From Candidatus Tayloriibacteriota bacterium (GTDB lineage Bacteria > Patescibacteriota > Minisyncoccia > Phycocordibacterales > PALSA-1337), in assembly GCA_003151615.1 (NCBI GenBank), contig PLXZ01000001.1:352124-416123 (forward strand): a stretch of 64,000 nt of DNA, read 5' to 3'. The position numbers and the translations under genes are program-made. Every line of letters starts with the position of its first letter. Position 1 is the first letter of the stretch. Of the stretch, positions 41,885-50,869 are shown in pieces. A model generated the notes under the pieces. The model was not told the DNA's origin. It worked only from the letters and a program-made list of their open reading frames with translations, and did not search any database.

Positions 41885-42856
41885 ATGAAAAAATATTTTC
41901 TTATATTCGCATTTATTGCGTTGACCCCATCGATCGCATCCGCCGCTTGGTGGAACCCGCTTTCGTGGGGTATTTTTTCTTCAATACTCCAGGATAGCTC
42001 TCCGAAACAGACCGAGGTTATCACCGCCCATCCGACGAACAATCTTATAGCAACTTCAACTGATCAATTTGCCACGACCACTACTCAGGCTAACATTAGT
42101 ATTTCCTCTACAACCAAAACATCACCTGTAGTTAATACGTCCAAGACGGATTCAAAGACTGTTAAATCTGTTGTTAAGAAACCTCAGCAGACTCAGCCTA
42201 CTGGTGATCTTTGTAATGGTACATATTGGAATGCTTGTCCAACGGGGCAAAAGATGATTTGTCCGCAAACTGGAAATGCTTACTGTCAGCTTCCAGTACA
42301 GCAACCACCGATTGTACCGGCTACTACAACGTTGACAACAACACCCATCGCTACGACTACAGTCGATAAAGGCACTCCTTACAAAGGCCAAGACGGTAAT
42401 TGGTATTACCCGAATGCATATGATGCGAATGGTAAAACCTTGCAGGTTATAGTACCTGATCCAAAAGTGATCGTTACTATCAATCCATCGAGTGTTGATT
42501 ATGGTGGTACAGCGACCCTCAGTTGGACAGCTAATGGAGCTACATCATGTACCCTAAATTCATCCCCAGTGCTACTTGCCCCGACAGGTTCACAGACGAC
42601 GGGAACTCTTTCAACCTCAACAACTTACACCGTCTCTTGTACGGATAAGGATGGAACGGCATCTAGTAGTGTTACGGTAAATGTTCCACAATCCTCTATC
42701 AATTACGCCGCCGCCGCGAAAGATTGTTATGTAGGTGGTGGGACATTATATTCTCAATTTCCTTGCCTTGATGAGAGAAATTATGCAGGCATATTGCCAT
42801 CAAACATATTCCCATATAGTTCTTCCCAGTTCGATGGCCTACCACCTCCTTTTTAA
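41885..42856 (+). CDS. secreted Thr-rich protein with AWWNPLSW motif, Cys-rich and Ig-like modules
   Basis: Signal peptide, CNGTYWNACPTGQKMICP module, TLSWTANGATSC Ig-like repeat. Confidence 0.78.
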   Translation: MKKYFLIFAFIALTPSIASAAWWNPLSWGIFSSILQDSSPKQTEVITAHPTNNLIATSTDQFATTTTQANISISSTTKTSPVVNTSKTDSKTVKSVVKKPQQTQPTGDLCNGTYWNACPTGQKMICPQTGNAYCQLPVQQPPIVPATTTLTTTPIATTTVDKGTPYKGQDGNWYYPNAYDANGKTLQVIVPDPKVIVTINPSSVDYGGTATLSWTANGATSCTLNSSPVLLAPTGSQTTGTLSTSTTYTVSCTDKDGTASSSVTVNVPQSSINYAAAAKDCYVGGGTLYSQFPCLDERNYAGILPSNIFPYSSSQFDGLPPPF

Positions 42857-42993
42857 TTCCACACGGAAGGGGTAATTAAATATATGAATCAAAAAAATAA
42901 AATGAAAAAATATCTTATCGCACCCATAGCTCTAGCTTTCATTCCCTCAATTGCTTTCGCCGCTTGGTGGAACCCGCTTTCGTGGGGTATTTT
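41941..42993 (+). repeat. identical 36-bp block in two tandem genes (41941-41976 and 42958-42993)
   Basis: CGCCGCTTGGTGGAACCCGCTTTCGTGGGGTATTTT in both genes; flanks diverge. Confidence 0.92.
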
Positions 42994-43810
42994 CTCATCG
43001 CAAAGCTCTCTACCACCTGTACCAATAGCACAATTGGTAAATTCTACAAGTACATCGCAAAATGATTTTTTTATATCGACAACGACGGTCGCCAATGCGT
43101 CCTCAACTGCCGCAGTGGGAAGCACCACAAATCCTTCCGCTATAATTTATAAACATACGGTCAAAAAATATGTTCTGATACCTATTACCGCAGGCTCGTC
43201 TACGCAGATGGAGACTCCGCCAATTGCTACAACATCATTGACATCTACTGCTCCGTCGCCTTGCTTGCCAGACTATAAATATTCGGCAAATCTTGGCTGT
43301 ATTTCTGCCAATCTGCCCACTGGTTACGTTTCAAGTTCTAATGCCAATTCCTCTAATCAGCAGAACGAAATGCAAGCCGAAATAATGGCGAAAAATAACA
43401 TCAGTGCTTCTACAACAAGTCAGTTTAATTATGTAAATGGAGTGATGGTACCTACAGGAGAAAATACTGGGACACCAAACTATGCATCACAAAATCCTTG
43501 CGATTCAGCACCATTATTTAGTTCTTCGCCAAATTGCGTTCCAGCGAGTGCACAACAGCCGCAATACCCTTCCTGTTCAGATAATGATGGTGATCCTTGT
43601 GAACTTCCAGAAGGAAGTAATTCTTGTCCAAACGGATGGCAAATGACTACGTCAATATATGGTAGCACTTGTTCGCCGCAACCAACCAGTGAGGCGTGCC
43701 TATCAGATGTAGAAAAATGGAATGAATGGGATGGAGCTACTAACCAGCAATTACAAGACGAAGGTGAACGAGACTGTAATGGAACTACAGATGAGAATTA
43801 TTTTAATTAA
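42902..43810 (+). CDS. secreted Ser/Thr- and Cys-rich protein with AWWNPLSW motif
   Basis: Signal peptide MKKYLIAPIALAFIPSIAFA followed by the same motif as the upstream gene; unrelated C-terminus. Confidence 0.78.
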   Translation: MKKYLIAPIALAFIPSIAFAAWWNPLSWGIFSSQSSLPPVPIAQLVNSTSTSQNDFFISTTTVANASSTAAVGSTTNPSAIIYKHTVKKYVLIPITAGSSTQMETPPIATTSLTSTAPSPCLPDYKYSANLGCISANLPTGYVSSSNANSSNQQNEMQAEIMAKNNISASTTSQFNYVNGVMVPTGENTGTPNYASQNPCDSAPLFSSSPNCVPASAQQPQYPSCSDNDGDPCELPEGSNSCPNGWQMTTSIYGSTCSPQPTSEACLSDVEKWNEWDGATNQQLQDEGERDCNGTTDENYFN

Positions 43811-44894
43811 AATCATAAAAAAATATTTGATTGTCGGAATCGTCGCCATATTTTTTCCGATCACAGCGTCGGCGTCAACTGTGTCAACTACCGACCAACT
43901 CGAAGGTATTTTCTATATCTCTCCTGCTTACCTGACTGCGGGCATTAACGACCTTCAGACAAATGTGCCGTCGGGGGATATTGTTGCTCCGCAGACATAC
44001 AGTGTTGACTCCAACCTCGAAGCTACCGGCTCAGTCCCTGAACAAATCATGGAAATTACAAAATCGAAAGGCGTTAAAGTCATGCCTCTCATTACGAATG
44101 GCGATAATTTTAGTCAGTCGTTAATGAACGACTTGCTCGCATCGACAACGGCACAGAACAATGTCATTTCGTACCTCATATCCGAAGCGCAGAATAATGG
44201 CTACATCGGTTGGCAATTCGACTTTGAACATATGGAAGCTAGCGACAGCGAACCGTATACTGCTTTCGTGAAGAAAGCCGCCACGGTACTTCATCAGAAC
44301 AATCTCATTCTATCGGTCACAGCGGTGGCACGTACAGACGATGCTACGTCAACTCCATTTTACCAAAATTGGGCGGGCGCATATGACTATGCTCAATTGG
44401 CAAAGTATGCCGACTTCATCAGTTTAATGACTTACGACGATCCGAAAACAATCGGCCCGACCGCTTCAATCCCTTATGATACGAGTGTTCTGAATTATCT
44501 TTCGGATAAAGTACCGACGGATAAAATATCTCTCGGTATTCCGCTCTACTATTACGGCTGGGACATAACGGCGACTTCTAGTCAGATAGACTTGTTTTAC
44601 AACGTTCCATCTTCCGATTTCGGAGAAGTGATCAACTACGGCGGCACATATACCCGATGGCAATATGACCGAGAAAATTATGGTCTCAACGAACTATTTG
44701 ATTCCGGTCTCGGCTCGCCTTACTCGACCTACTATTTAAACGGTCATGAATATCAAATTTGGTACGACGACTCGACAAGCATGCAAATGAAGCTTGACAT
44801 GGCGCGATTGTTCCATTTACGTGGCTTTTCGGCATGGGCTTTGGGACAAGAATTTCCTGACGTGTGGGATGCTTTTGATAAAAATAATAAATAA
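43791..44894 (+). CDS. secreted GH18 glycoside hydrolase (chitinase / peptidoglycan hydrolase-like)
   Basis: GWQFDFE catalytic motif, AYDY, LMTYD, LGIPLYY, WALGQE; start codon uncertain. Confidence 0.88.
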   Translation: MRIILIKIIKKYLIVGIVAIFFPITASASTVSTTDQLEGIFYISPAYLTAGINDLQTNVPSGDIVAPQTYSVDSNLEATGSVPEQIMEITKSKGVKVMPLITNGDNFSQSLMNDLLASTTAQNNVISYLISEAQNNGYIGWQFDFEHMEASDSEPYTAFVKKAATVLHQNNLILSVTAVARTDDATSTPFYQNWAGAYDYAQLAKYADFISLMTYDDPKTIGPTASIPYDTSVLNYLSDKVPTDKISLGIPLYYYGWDITATSSQIDLFYNVPSSDFGEVINYGGTYTRWQYDRENYGLNELFDSGLGSPYSTYYLNGHEYQIWYDDSTSMQMKLDMARLFHLRGFSAWALGQEFPDVWDAFDKNNK

Positions 44895-44898
44895 AAAA

Positions 44899-45336
44899 AT
44901 GAAAAAAATAATCGGAAATGTCGAAGATATTTTATCGAGAAATCGGAAGATTCTTGAGTATAGAAAAACACATATGCAAAAGGAAACCGCTAAAAAATTT
45001 GTTCGTTCGGCTGAAAGAATTAGGCAAATAGAACATTTAAAAAAATGTAATATTCACGATATTCAATATTATGACAAGTGTCCTTCTTGCATAAATTCCG
45101 TAGAGTTAAAAAAATATGCAAAGTTTGTTGAAAATTTGGATCAGAAATCTTTGATGGAGGAAGTCTCTAAAGAAGCTGAGAACAGAAGAAGGGATTTTAT
45201 TTCTACACAAAAGAGAGTTTGTCTTATAAAAATCTTGAAAGAAAATTACGATTTCCCTTTAAAAGAAATCGCGAATTATCTCAAAAGAGATAGAACAACA
45301 GTACGTTATCTTGATAATATGTATTTAAAAAAATAA
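44899..45336 (+). CDS. basic putative DNA-binding protein with two HTH-like segments
   Basis: QKETAKKFVRSAERIRQIE (sigma region 4-like), CxxH...CxxC, LKEIANYLKRDRTTV. Confidence 0.6.
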   Translation: MKKIIGNVEDILSRNRKILEYRKTHMQKETAKKFVRSAERIRQIEHLKKCNIHDIQYYDKCPSCINSVELKKYAKFVENLDQKSLMEEVSKEAENRRRDFISTQKRVCLIKILKENYDFPLKEIANYLKRDRTTVRYLDNMYLKK

Positions 45337-45418
45337 CTTAAAAACAAAAAAAATATAGGGTTCGGGAGGTTTCTCTAGGGCATAGGATTTAAAAGATTTA
45401 ATTTGAATATATAAAATA

Positions 45419-46552
45419 ATGAAAAACAACATAATAAATACAGTATGTCCTAAATGTAAAAAATCAATATCAATATCAATTGATGAAGTTTTGACAGATC
45501 AAATTCAGGCAAAATTAAGTAAGGATTTTGAGGAGAAAGAAAAAAAGCTAAAGGACTTTCTTGAAAAATCAAACCAAATAATTCTTGCGAAAGAGGAGGA
45601 AAAACTTAAAAAGAAAATCAAAGAAGACGCAGAGAAAGAGGTTAAATCAGAAAAACGTTTTCTAGAGGAACAATTAAAGGAAAAAGATGAAAAGTTAACA
45701 ATGGCAAATAAAGAAAAAAAAGCTTTTGAACTTGAATCAGCTAGAAAAATGGATAAGATTCAAGAAGATGCTTCAAGAAAGGCTACCGAGGCTCAGCAGT
45801 CAATCATTGATCAATTGAATAAGAAACTTTCTGACGCTACAAAAGCGAAAGATGAGTTGGCAAGAAAATTGGAGCAAGGTTCTCAGCAGACACAGGGAGA
45901 AGTACAAGAAATTATCCTAGAGAAACTTCTCGGGAATGAATTTAAATTTGATGATATTTCACCTGTGCCAAAGGGTATAAATGGTGCTGACATAATACAG
46001 ACTGTTAAAAATAGGCATGGTATGGAGTGCGGAAAGATAATATGGGAATCAAAAAAGACAAAGTCGTGGACAAATGGGTGGATACAGAAACTAAAAGATG
46101 ATCAAAGGTCTATTAAGGCCGAAATGGCAGTTATTGTATCTTCAGTACTTCCTGAAGGGGTTGAGGGTGGAACCCTACGAGAGGGTGTGTGGATCTGTGA
46201 TATGAGATCGGTATTATCGATTGCTACGGCATTACGGTACACACTTGAGACAATTTCGAATCAAAAGAGAATGCTTGCTGGGAAAGATGACAAAAAAGAA
46301 ATTCTCTATAATTATCTTACAGGAACAGCTTTTACACACAAAATTCAGGCAATTGTGGAGACTTTCCTGCGCATGGAGAGTGATCTCGTCAAAGAGAAAG
46401 GCATGCAGGAAAAGATATGGGCTGAACGAGAGAAGGGTATTAAAAAAATCAAGTCAAATATAACTGCGATTGTTGTTGATCTCCATGAAAATGTTCCGTT
46501 GCAAAAGATTGATTTTCTAGAATTGCCAGATTCTTCTTCACGGGGAAAATAG
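45419..46552 (+). CDS. DUF2130 domain coiled-coil protein
   Basis: N-terminal CPKC, coiled coil, GSQQTQGEVQE, VPKGINGADIIQ, IIWESKKTKSW...KLKDDQR. Confidence 0.88.
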   Translation: MKNNIINTVCPKCKKSISISIDEVLTDQIQAKLSKDFEEKEKKLKDFLEKSNQIILAKEEEKLKKKIKEDAEKEVKSEKRFLEEQLKEKDEKLTMANKEKKAFELESARKMDKIQEDASRKATEAQQSIIDQLNKKLSDATKAKDELARKLEQGSQQTQGEVQEIILEKLLGNEFKFDDISPVPKGINGADIIQTVKNRHGMECGKIIWESKKTKSWTNGWIQKLKDDQRSIKAEMAVIVSSVLPEGVEGGTLREGVWICDMRSVLSIATALRYTLETISNQKRMLAGKDDKKEILYNYLTGTAFTHKIQAIVETFLRMESDLVKEKGMQEKIWAEREKGIKKIKSNITAIVVDLHENVPLQKIDFLELPDSSSRGK

Positions 46553-46562
46553 TGGAACAAAA

Positions 46563-47024
46563 ATGAAAAAGAATAAAGACAAAGAAATAACCATCGCCGA
46601 TCTGATTCCGGATATGAAAAAAGATATCCGCGAAATACAAAAGGAGCAATCCGAAGTAAAATTTTATGACAGGCTTCTTGATGAAAATATCGATGATTTG
46701 TCCAAACTAATAGGCAGAAAACTCACCCGGGACGAAAAGAAGAAAGTTTTTCGGATCGTCGATCGCTATAGCCCGAAATACAGCGACGGAGACATCATAG
46801 ATTATTTCCCGTTCGATTTGGCTTGGAGGATATATAAAATCTTGAAGAAGAATGATTTCGACGAAGGGTGCCTTAAGAGCCGGTATTTGAGCGAGGATGT
46901 GTTTGAAATAGCAAAAGAGAATGATCTGAGCTTGGCGGAGGCCGAAGAGCTCCATGAGTTTATTGAAGAGAACGATTACAAGGACGCTTTTAAAGCCTAT
47001 GAGGCTTGGAAGTCGGAGCACTGA
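46563..47024 (+). CDS. hypothetical acidic protein
   Basis: 153 aa ORF starting 10 nt after DUF2130. Confidence 0.65.
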   Translation: MKKNKDKEITIADLIPDMKKDIREIQKEQSEVKFYDRLLDENIDDLSKLIGRKLTRDEKKKVFRIVDRYSPKYSDGDIIDYFPFDLAWRIYKILKKNDFDEGCLKSRYLSEDVFEIAKENDLSLAEAEELHEFIEENDYKDAFKAYEAWKSEH

Positions 47025-47070
47025 GAAAAGACTCGAGTAAAGGTTACCCGATCTGAAGATGATATGCCTA

Positions 47071-48357
47071 TTATTCCTTCTCTTGATTTTTAGTCGGTGT
47101 CACCGGCCTGTTCCGGTAACTTTCTTTTGCTTCCGTCCACACCCTCATTATTTCTCCACTAGGCGGATGTTCTCGTCTCGATTCTGCAGGAATACGCCTC
47201 TGTTCGTCTGTCCATTTGCGGTACCATTCGGCGAGATGGGTTAGCATATATCGGTATTCCGCGATACTCGATATCATCTCCGATTCAATTTCCACATTGC
47301 CGTAATATCGCCGGTACGCCGCATCGTCTTCGACCGTAAAGCGTTTTCGCGGCTTGACGATGGGTACGGATATGACGAAAGGTTTCATGTGATCGACGAG
47401 GGGTTTCTGATACTCCACGTCTCTCTCTGGTCCGTAGCGGGAACGCAGTTCGTCAGATATTTCCACGTGACTGTCATCGTTATCCGTGCCGTTTTTGTTC
47501 CAGCCGAGAATTTTCAGCAAAAATTCCCGAGTCCAGACCCCGCGCGTGAAGTGACTTTTCATTTCTCTGATGCTGTCGAGATTGGGGAACCGTCCCGGCC
47601 ACATGATGCGCCGCTCGTCATCCAGGAGCGGGTACGTTCGGAATATGCCGGAAAGGTTTCCTTTGCGGATCTTTTCTTTCAGCCGCATGAGAAGCGAGTC
47701 GGGGCAGACAAGGTTACCGAGAACGATGATACGCGTTCCCTTGCTTCCGAGCGGCAATATCTCGCTCGTGAGTCTCTGCCATGCGTTGTTGCGGTTGACT
47801 TCGTCCTTGGCCGTCGAAGTGTCCTCGATGTCGTCGCAGACAATGAGGTCGGGACGGATTGTCCCATATTTGAGTCCGCGGATGCTCTGTTCGAGAGATA
47901 CCGACTGGATTTTCGATTCATGGTATTCCAATTCAAGCGACATCTTTTTCCACTCGGCCTCATGGTCGGTAAACGGCCCGAAGTCTGATCGCAGAAGAGC
48001 GTTTGAGATAAGCTCGTCCCTGATGCCCACGAAATGACTTTTGGCCTGATCCTGCGTCTGGCTTACGACGACCACGAACTTTTTCTGCGGCTTGCCCAAG
48101 ATCGACCAAAGGACATTGCCCATGTTCATGATGGTCGATTTACCCGACTCCCGAAAGGCCATGACGGCGATAAACTGACGCGATGAATCTTTCAGGATAT
48201 GACCCATCTCCCGATGAAACGGAGCAAGCGGATACGAAAGATGATGCCGCAGATATATGAGGCAGAACCATAACGGATCCTCGTATGCCAATTTTCTTCT
48301 CAAGACCGGATCATCGAGCGCCTGTTTCAATTTTTTGATATCGAATTCATTCGGCAT
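47071..48357 (-). CDS. terminase large subunit-like ATPase lacking a recognisable nuclease domain
   Basis: APFH, AFRESGKST (Walker A), SIRG, RPDLIVCDDIED (Walker B), VLGN, WPGRF, WTREFLL. Confidence 0.82.
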   Translation of the reverse strand: MPNEFDIKKLKQALDDPVLRRKLAYEDPLWFCLIYLRHHLSYPLAPFHREMGHILKDSSRQFIAVMAFRESGKSTIMNMGNVLWSILGKPQKKFVVVVSQTQDQAKSHFVGIRDELISNALLRSDFGPFTDHEAEWKKMSLELEYHESKIQSVSLEQSIRGLKYGTIRPDLIVCDDIEDTSTAKDEVNRNNAWQRLTSEILPLGSKGTRIIVLGNLVCPDSLLMRLKEKIRKGNLSGIFRTYPLLDDERRIMWPGRFPNLDSIREMKSHFTRGVWTREFLLKILGWNKNGTDNDDSHVEISDELRSRYGPERDVEYQKPLVDHMKPFVISVPIVKPRKRFTVEDDAAYRRYYGNVEIESEMISSIAEYRYMLTHLAEWYRKWTDEQRRIPAESRREHPPSGEIMRVWTEAKESYRNRPVTPTKNQEKE

Positions 48358-48775
48358 GGTCTGGTGTGACTGATGTTCCTGGCGACGGTTCGAGGAATTC
48401 CTTGAAGAGCTTTTCTTCTTCCGGCGTAAGTTCCGCCGTATTTATGATCGGCTTCCGTACCGACTTGCCGCCGTAGCGCGGGTGGTTGTTCTTGAGCCAC
48501 ATGGCGATGGCAGGCATTTTCTTTTCCTTTATGAGGGTGATCAACTGCGACTCGCTCATATCACTCACGAATTCGATGCCTTGGTTGAGAGCGTCCTCGC
48601 TCTCTTTCCGGAACACCTTGTCATCACGTCGCCAACGGTAGTAGGTGTCCCGGGAGATGCTTGCACGTTTGCAAGCGGCTTCAATGATGGGCAGTTCCTT
48701 CAAGGTGGCGACAAGTTTGACTTTGAAATCGGCCTGACGTTCATCAATCGTTTGGTCGTAGGTGTTTTCAGCCAT
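48347..48775 (-). CDS. terminase small subunit-like HTH protein
   Basis: IIEAACKRASISRDTYYRWRRDD HTH, AIAMWLKNNHPRYG; directly upstream of the ATPase. Confidence 0.75.
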   Translation of the reverse strand: MAENTYDQTIDERQADFKVKLVATLKELPIIEAACKRASISRDTYYRWRRDDKVFRKESEDALNQGIEFVSDMSESQLITLIKEKKMPAIAMWLKNNHPRYGGKSVRKPIINTAELTPEEEKLFKEFLEPSPGTSVTPDHAE

Positions 48776-50096
48776 GGATTTTTTTCGCCTTAAGACCTGT
48801 TAATTTTTCCCATCGCTTCTTGATCACCTCGGCGTACACGGGTGACTTTTCCATGAGGTAACAGCGTCGGTTCATTTTCGTTGAAGCGATCAGTGTCGAT
48901 CCGCTTCCGCCGAAGGGTTCGATGATGAGGTCATTTCGCTTCGTCAATACCTTTATGTACGGAATGAGAAGCTCTAACGGCTTTGTGCCGAAGATAATTT
49001 CCTGTCCCGACGAAGCCTTGTCCGCGGCGGTGTGGCTGATGAAATCCGTCGGGCATATCTTTTTGCCTTTCTCGTAGCTTTCCCAGTGCGGTTTGCCTAA
49101 CGTGGCAAAGAGCGCGTTTTCATATTCGTTTTGGAACAGTTCTTCCTCGGGTTCTATATTGAGAGCGATTTTCCCGCCGGTACCGACGAGAGCTATGTCA
49201 GTCTTGTTGAAGAACTTGTACTTGGCCGAAAATCCTTGCATGCGGTTACCCACATGCCACGTAATTGTGTTACGATACTTCCAGTGTTTCTCGAGTTCAT
49301 TCCAAATAATTCGAAGATTTTTCGGATTCTCGAAAATAATAATGGAGAAGTCAGGTTTCTGCACTTTTGCGACATTCGCCATCCATAACTCCGTGAAGTT
49401 ATCCGGAAGGATGTCGGTCTCGAGGTATCGGCGATCGCGCTTGTTGCCGAAGCCCGTGACGGCATCGCCTTTCTTCTTTTTACCCTTGAGGTAATCGAGT
49501 ATATATGGCGGGTCGGTGAGACACATGTCGGCTTTCACCCCATCCATTAGTTTGAGCGTATCGGCTTCGACAGTGCTGTCACCGCACATGAGGCGCGAGC
49601 CGTTCAGGTCGTACACGTCTCCCTTTTTGATGTCAATGCTATCGATCTTTAGCTTTTTAAGCTCTTTTTCGAGATCAAACTGCTCGGGCGTTTCTTCGAT
49701 TGCGAATATATCGTCGAGGTCTTCCGACGAGAAGCCGATGCCCGACAGGAATGTTTCGTCGAATTTTGCGAGCAGATCCCAGTCAAATTCGCCCGTGTTT
49801 TTGTTGAGGCGAATATTCAACTCCTTTTCCTTTTCGATGTCGGGAATGTTGATATATACGACTGGAACTTCGGTGATGCCGAGCTCCTTGATTACTGACA
49901 AACGAAAATGTCCGCCGATGACGACACCCGCGCGTTCCGGCGCGGAGTTGACGAGAAGCGGATCGACGAGGCCGAAACGCTTGATACTTTCTTTCAACTG
50001 GTCACTGGCTTCCTTGTCCCATTTTCTAGGGTTATACGAAGCCACTTTTAATACGTCGACTGAGACATGCTCAATTTTGATTTTTTCTGAATTCAT
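48768..50096 (-). CDS. ParB-like N-terminal domain fused to an N6-A/N4-C DNA methyltransferase
   Basis: YNPRK...FGLVDPLLVN...IGGHFRL ParB domain; LMCGDS, TDPPY, TKPLEL, EPFGGSGSTL (beta-class order). Confidence 0.92.
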   Translation of the reverse strand: MNSEKIKIEHVSVDVLKVASYNPRKWDKEASDQLKESIKRFGLVDPLLVNSAPERAGVVIGGHFRLSVIKELGITEVPVVYINIPDIEKEKELNIRLNKNTGEFDWDLLAKFDETFLSGIGFSSEDLDDIFAIEETPEQFDLEKELKKLKIDSIDIKKGDVYDLNGSRLMCGDSTVEADTLKLMDGVKADMCLTDPPYILDYLKGKKKKGDAVTGFGNKRDRRYLETDILPDNFTELWMANVAKVQKPDFSIIIFENPKNLRIIWNELEKHWKYRNTITWHVGNRMQGFSAKYKFFNKTDIALVGTGGKIALNIEPEEELFQNEYENALFATLGKPHWESYEKGKKICPTDFISHTAADKASSGQEIIFGTKPLELLIPYIKVLTKRNDLIIEPFGGSGSTLIASTKMNRRCYLMEKSPVYAEVIKKRWEKLTGLKAKKIHG

Positions 50097-50099
50097 TAT

Positions 50100-50402
50100 G
50101 TTTAATTTATGAAGAACTGATTAATACTGCAGTTTTTTGCAAAGCAAAAAAGCGCCCAGTTTTTGATTGCGGGACGGATTGGTTGATGGATAACATCCGG
50201 TCACCTTGTACAGGTTATGAACCCTATTCGGTTGTTCTTCTTTTCAGAAGATTTTGATCAGCTTTTACAAGCAAATCGGAGATGCGCGAGAGAGTGGAAC
50301 CAGACCCTTTTCAGGAATCCCTCTCAGCCTTTATCAGGCATTTTTCCGCTGTCATGCGGAGGAATTGATGTAAATGATATATCGTCCGTGGAAAAAGTCA
50401 AT
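50100..50402 (-). ncRNA. candidate structured leader RNA with multiple GNRA-type hairpins
   Basis: Minus-strand promoter TTGACT-16-TATCAT near 50374-50401, then at least six short hairpins before the methyltransferase ATG. Confidence 0.5.
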
Positions 50403-50456
50403 ATCACTGTCTCTTATGGATGTGAATATCTATCGTGGTGTATAATTTGTTGTGTC

Positions 50457-50606
50457 ATGAAAAATCCAAAGGCAAAAAAACCAAAAAAATATACGGAAGC
50501 GCAAAAAGCATTTATTGACGATGCGGCTCAGCAGTATGCTGACCTTATTGTGCAAGTCATTGAACAAAATCACGCTGCTAAAAAAGTCGAAAAGGAGGGA
50601 GAATAA
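50457..50606 (+). CDS. small hypothetical protein
   Basis: MKNPKAKKPKKYTEAQKAFIDDAAQQYADLIVQVIE; TATAAT shortly upstream. Confidence 0.5.
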   Translation: MKNPKAKKPKKYTEAQKAFIDDAAQQYADLIVQVIEQNHAAKKVEKEGE

Positions 50607-50839
50607 GACACAGGGTAGAGGTGCCTGAGTGCTGTCTTAAATGTCTTATTCGCATATGGTTGAGCCATGCTTCGACACGCTTGAAACACTTGTCTTATTC
50701 GTAAATCGGAAAAATGACCCCCTATGCGTCTGGGTCATCGTACCTATTATGGTGTCGCTTAAAAACCCTTACACGGTCTTGCATCACTCCGTCTGAGACG
50801 CGTCAGGGCAACAAGTCAAGACGGTTTTGGAACCGCTGC

Positions 50840-50869
50840 AAAAAAGTCCCAGAAACGGGGCTTTTTTGT
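50840..50869. terminator. terminator-like hairpin at the island right end
   Basis: AAAAAAGTCCC-AGAAAC-GGGGCTTTTTT. Confidence 0.65.

Noticed and set aside
41941-42993. 36-bp repeat as a CRISPR array or DGR template/variable repeat
   Set aside because: Only two copies 1 kb apart, both in-frame coding; no cas genes, no reverse transcriptase, no adenine-specific mismatches
39360-50096. Intact prophage
   Set aside because: No portal, capsid, tail, lysis or replication genes recognised
50217-50456. N-terminal extension of the 129-aa ORF
   Set aside because: Unprotein-like sequence overlapping divergent promoters and hairpins; only 50457-50606 looks coding
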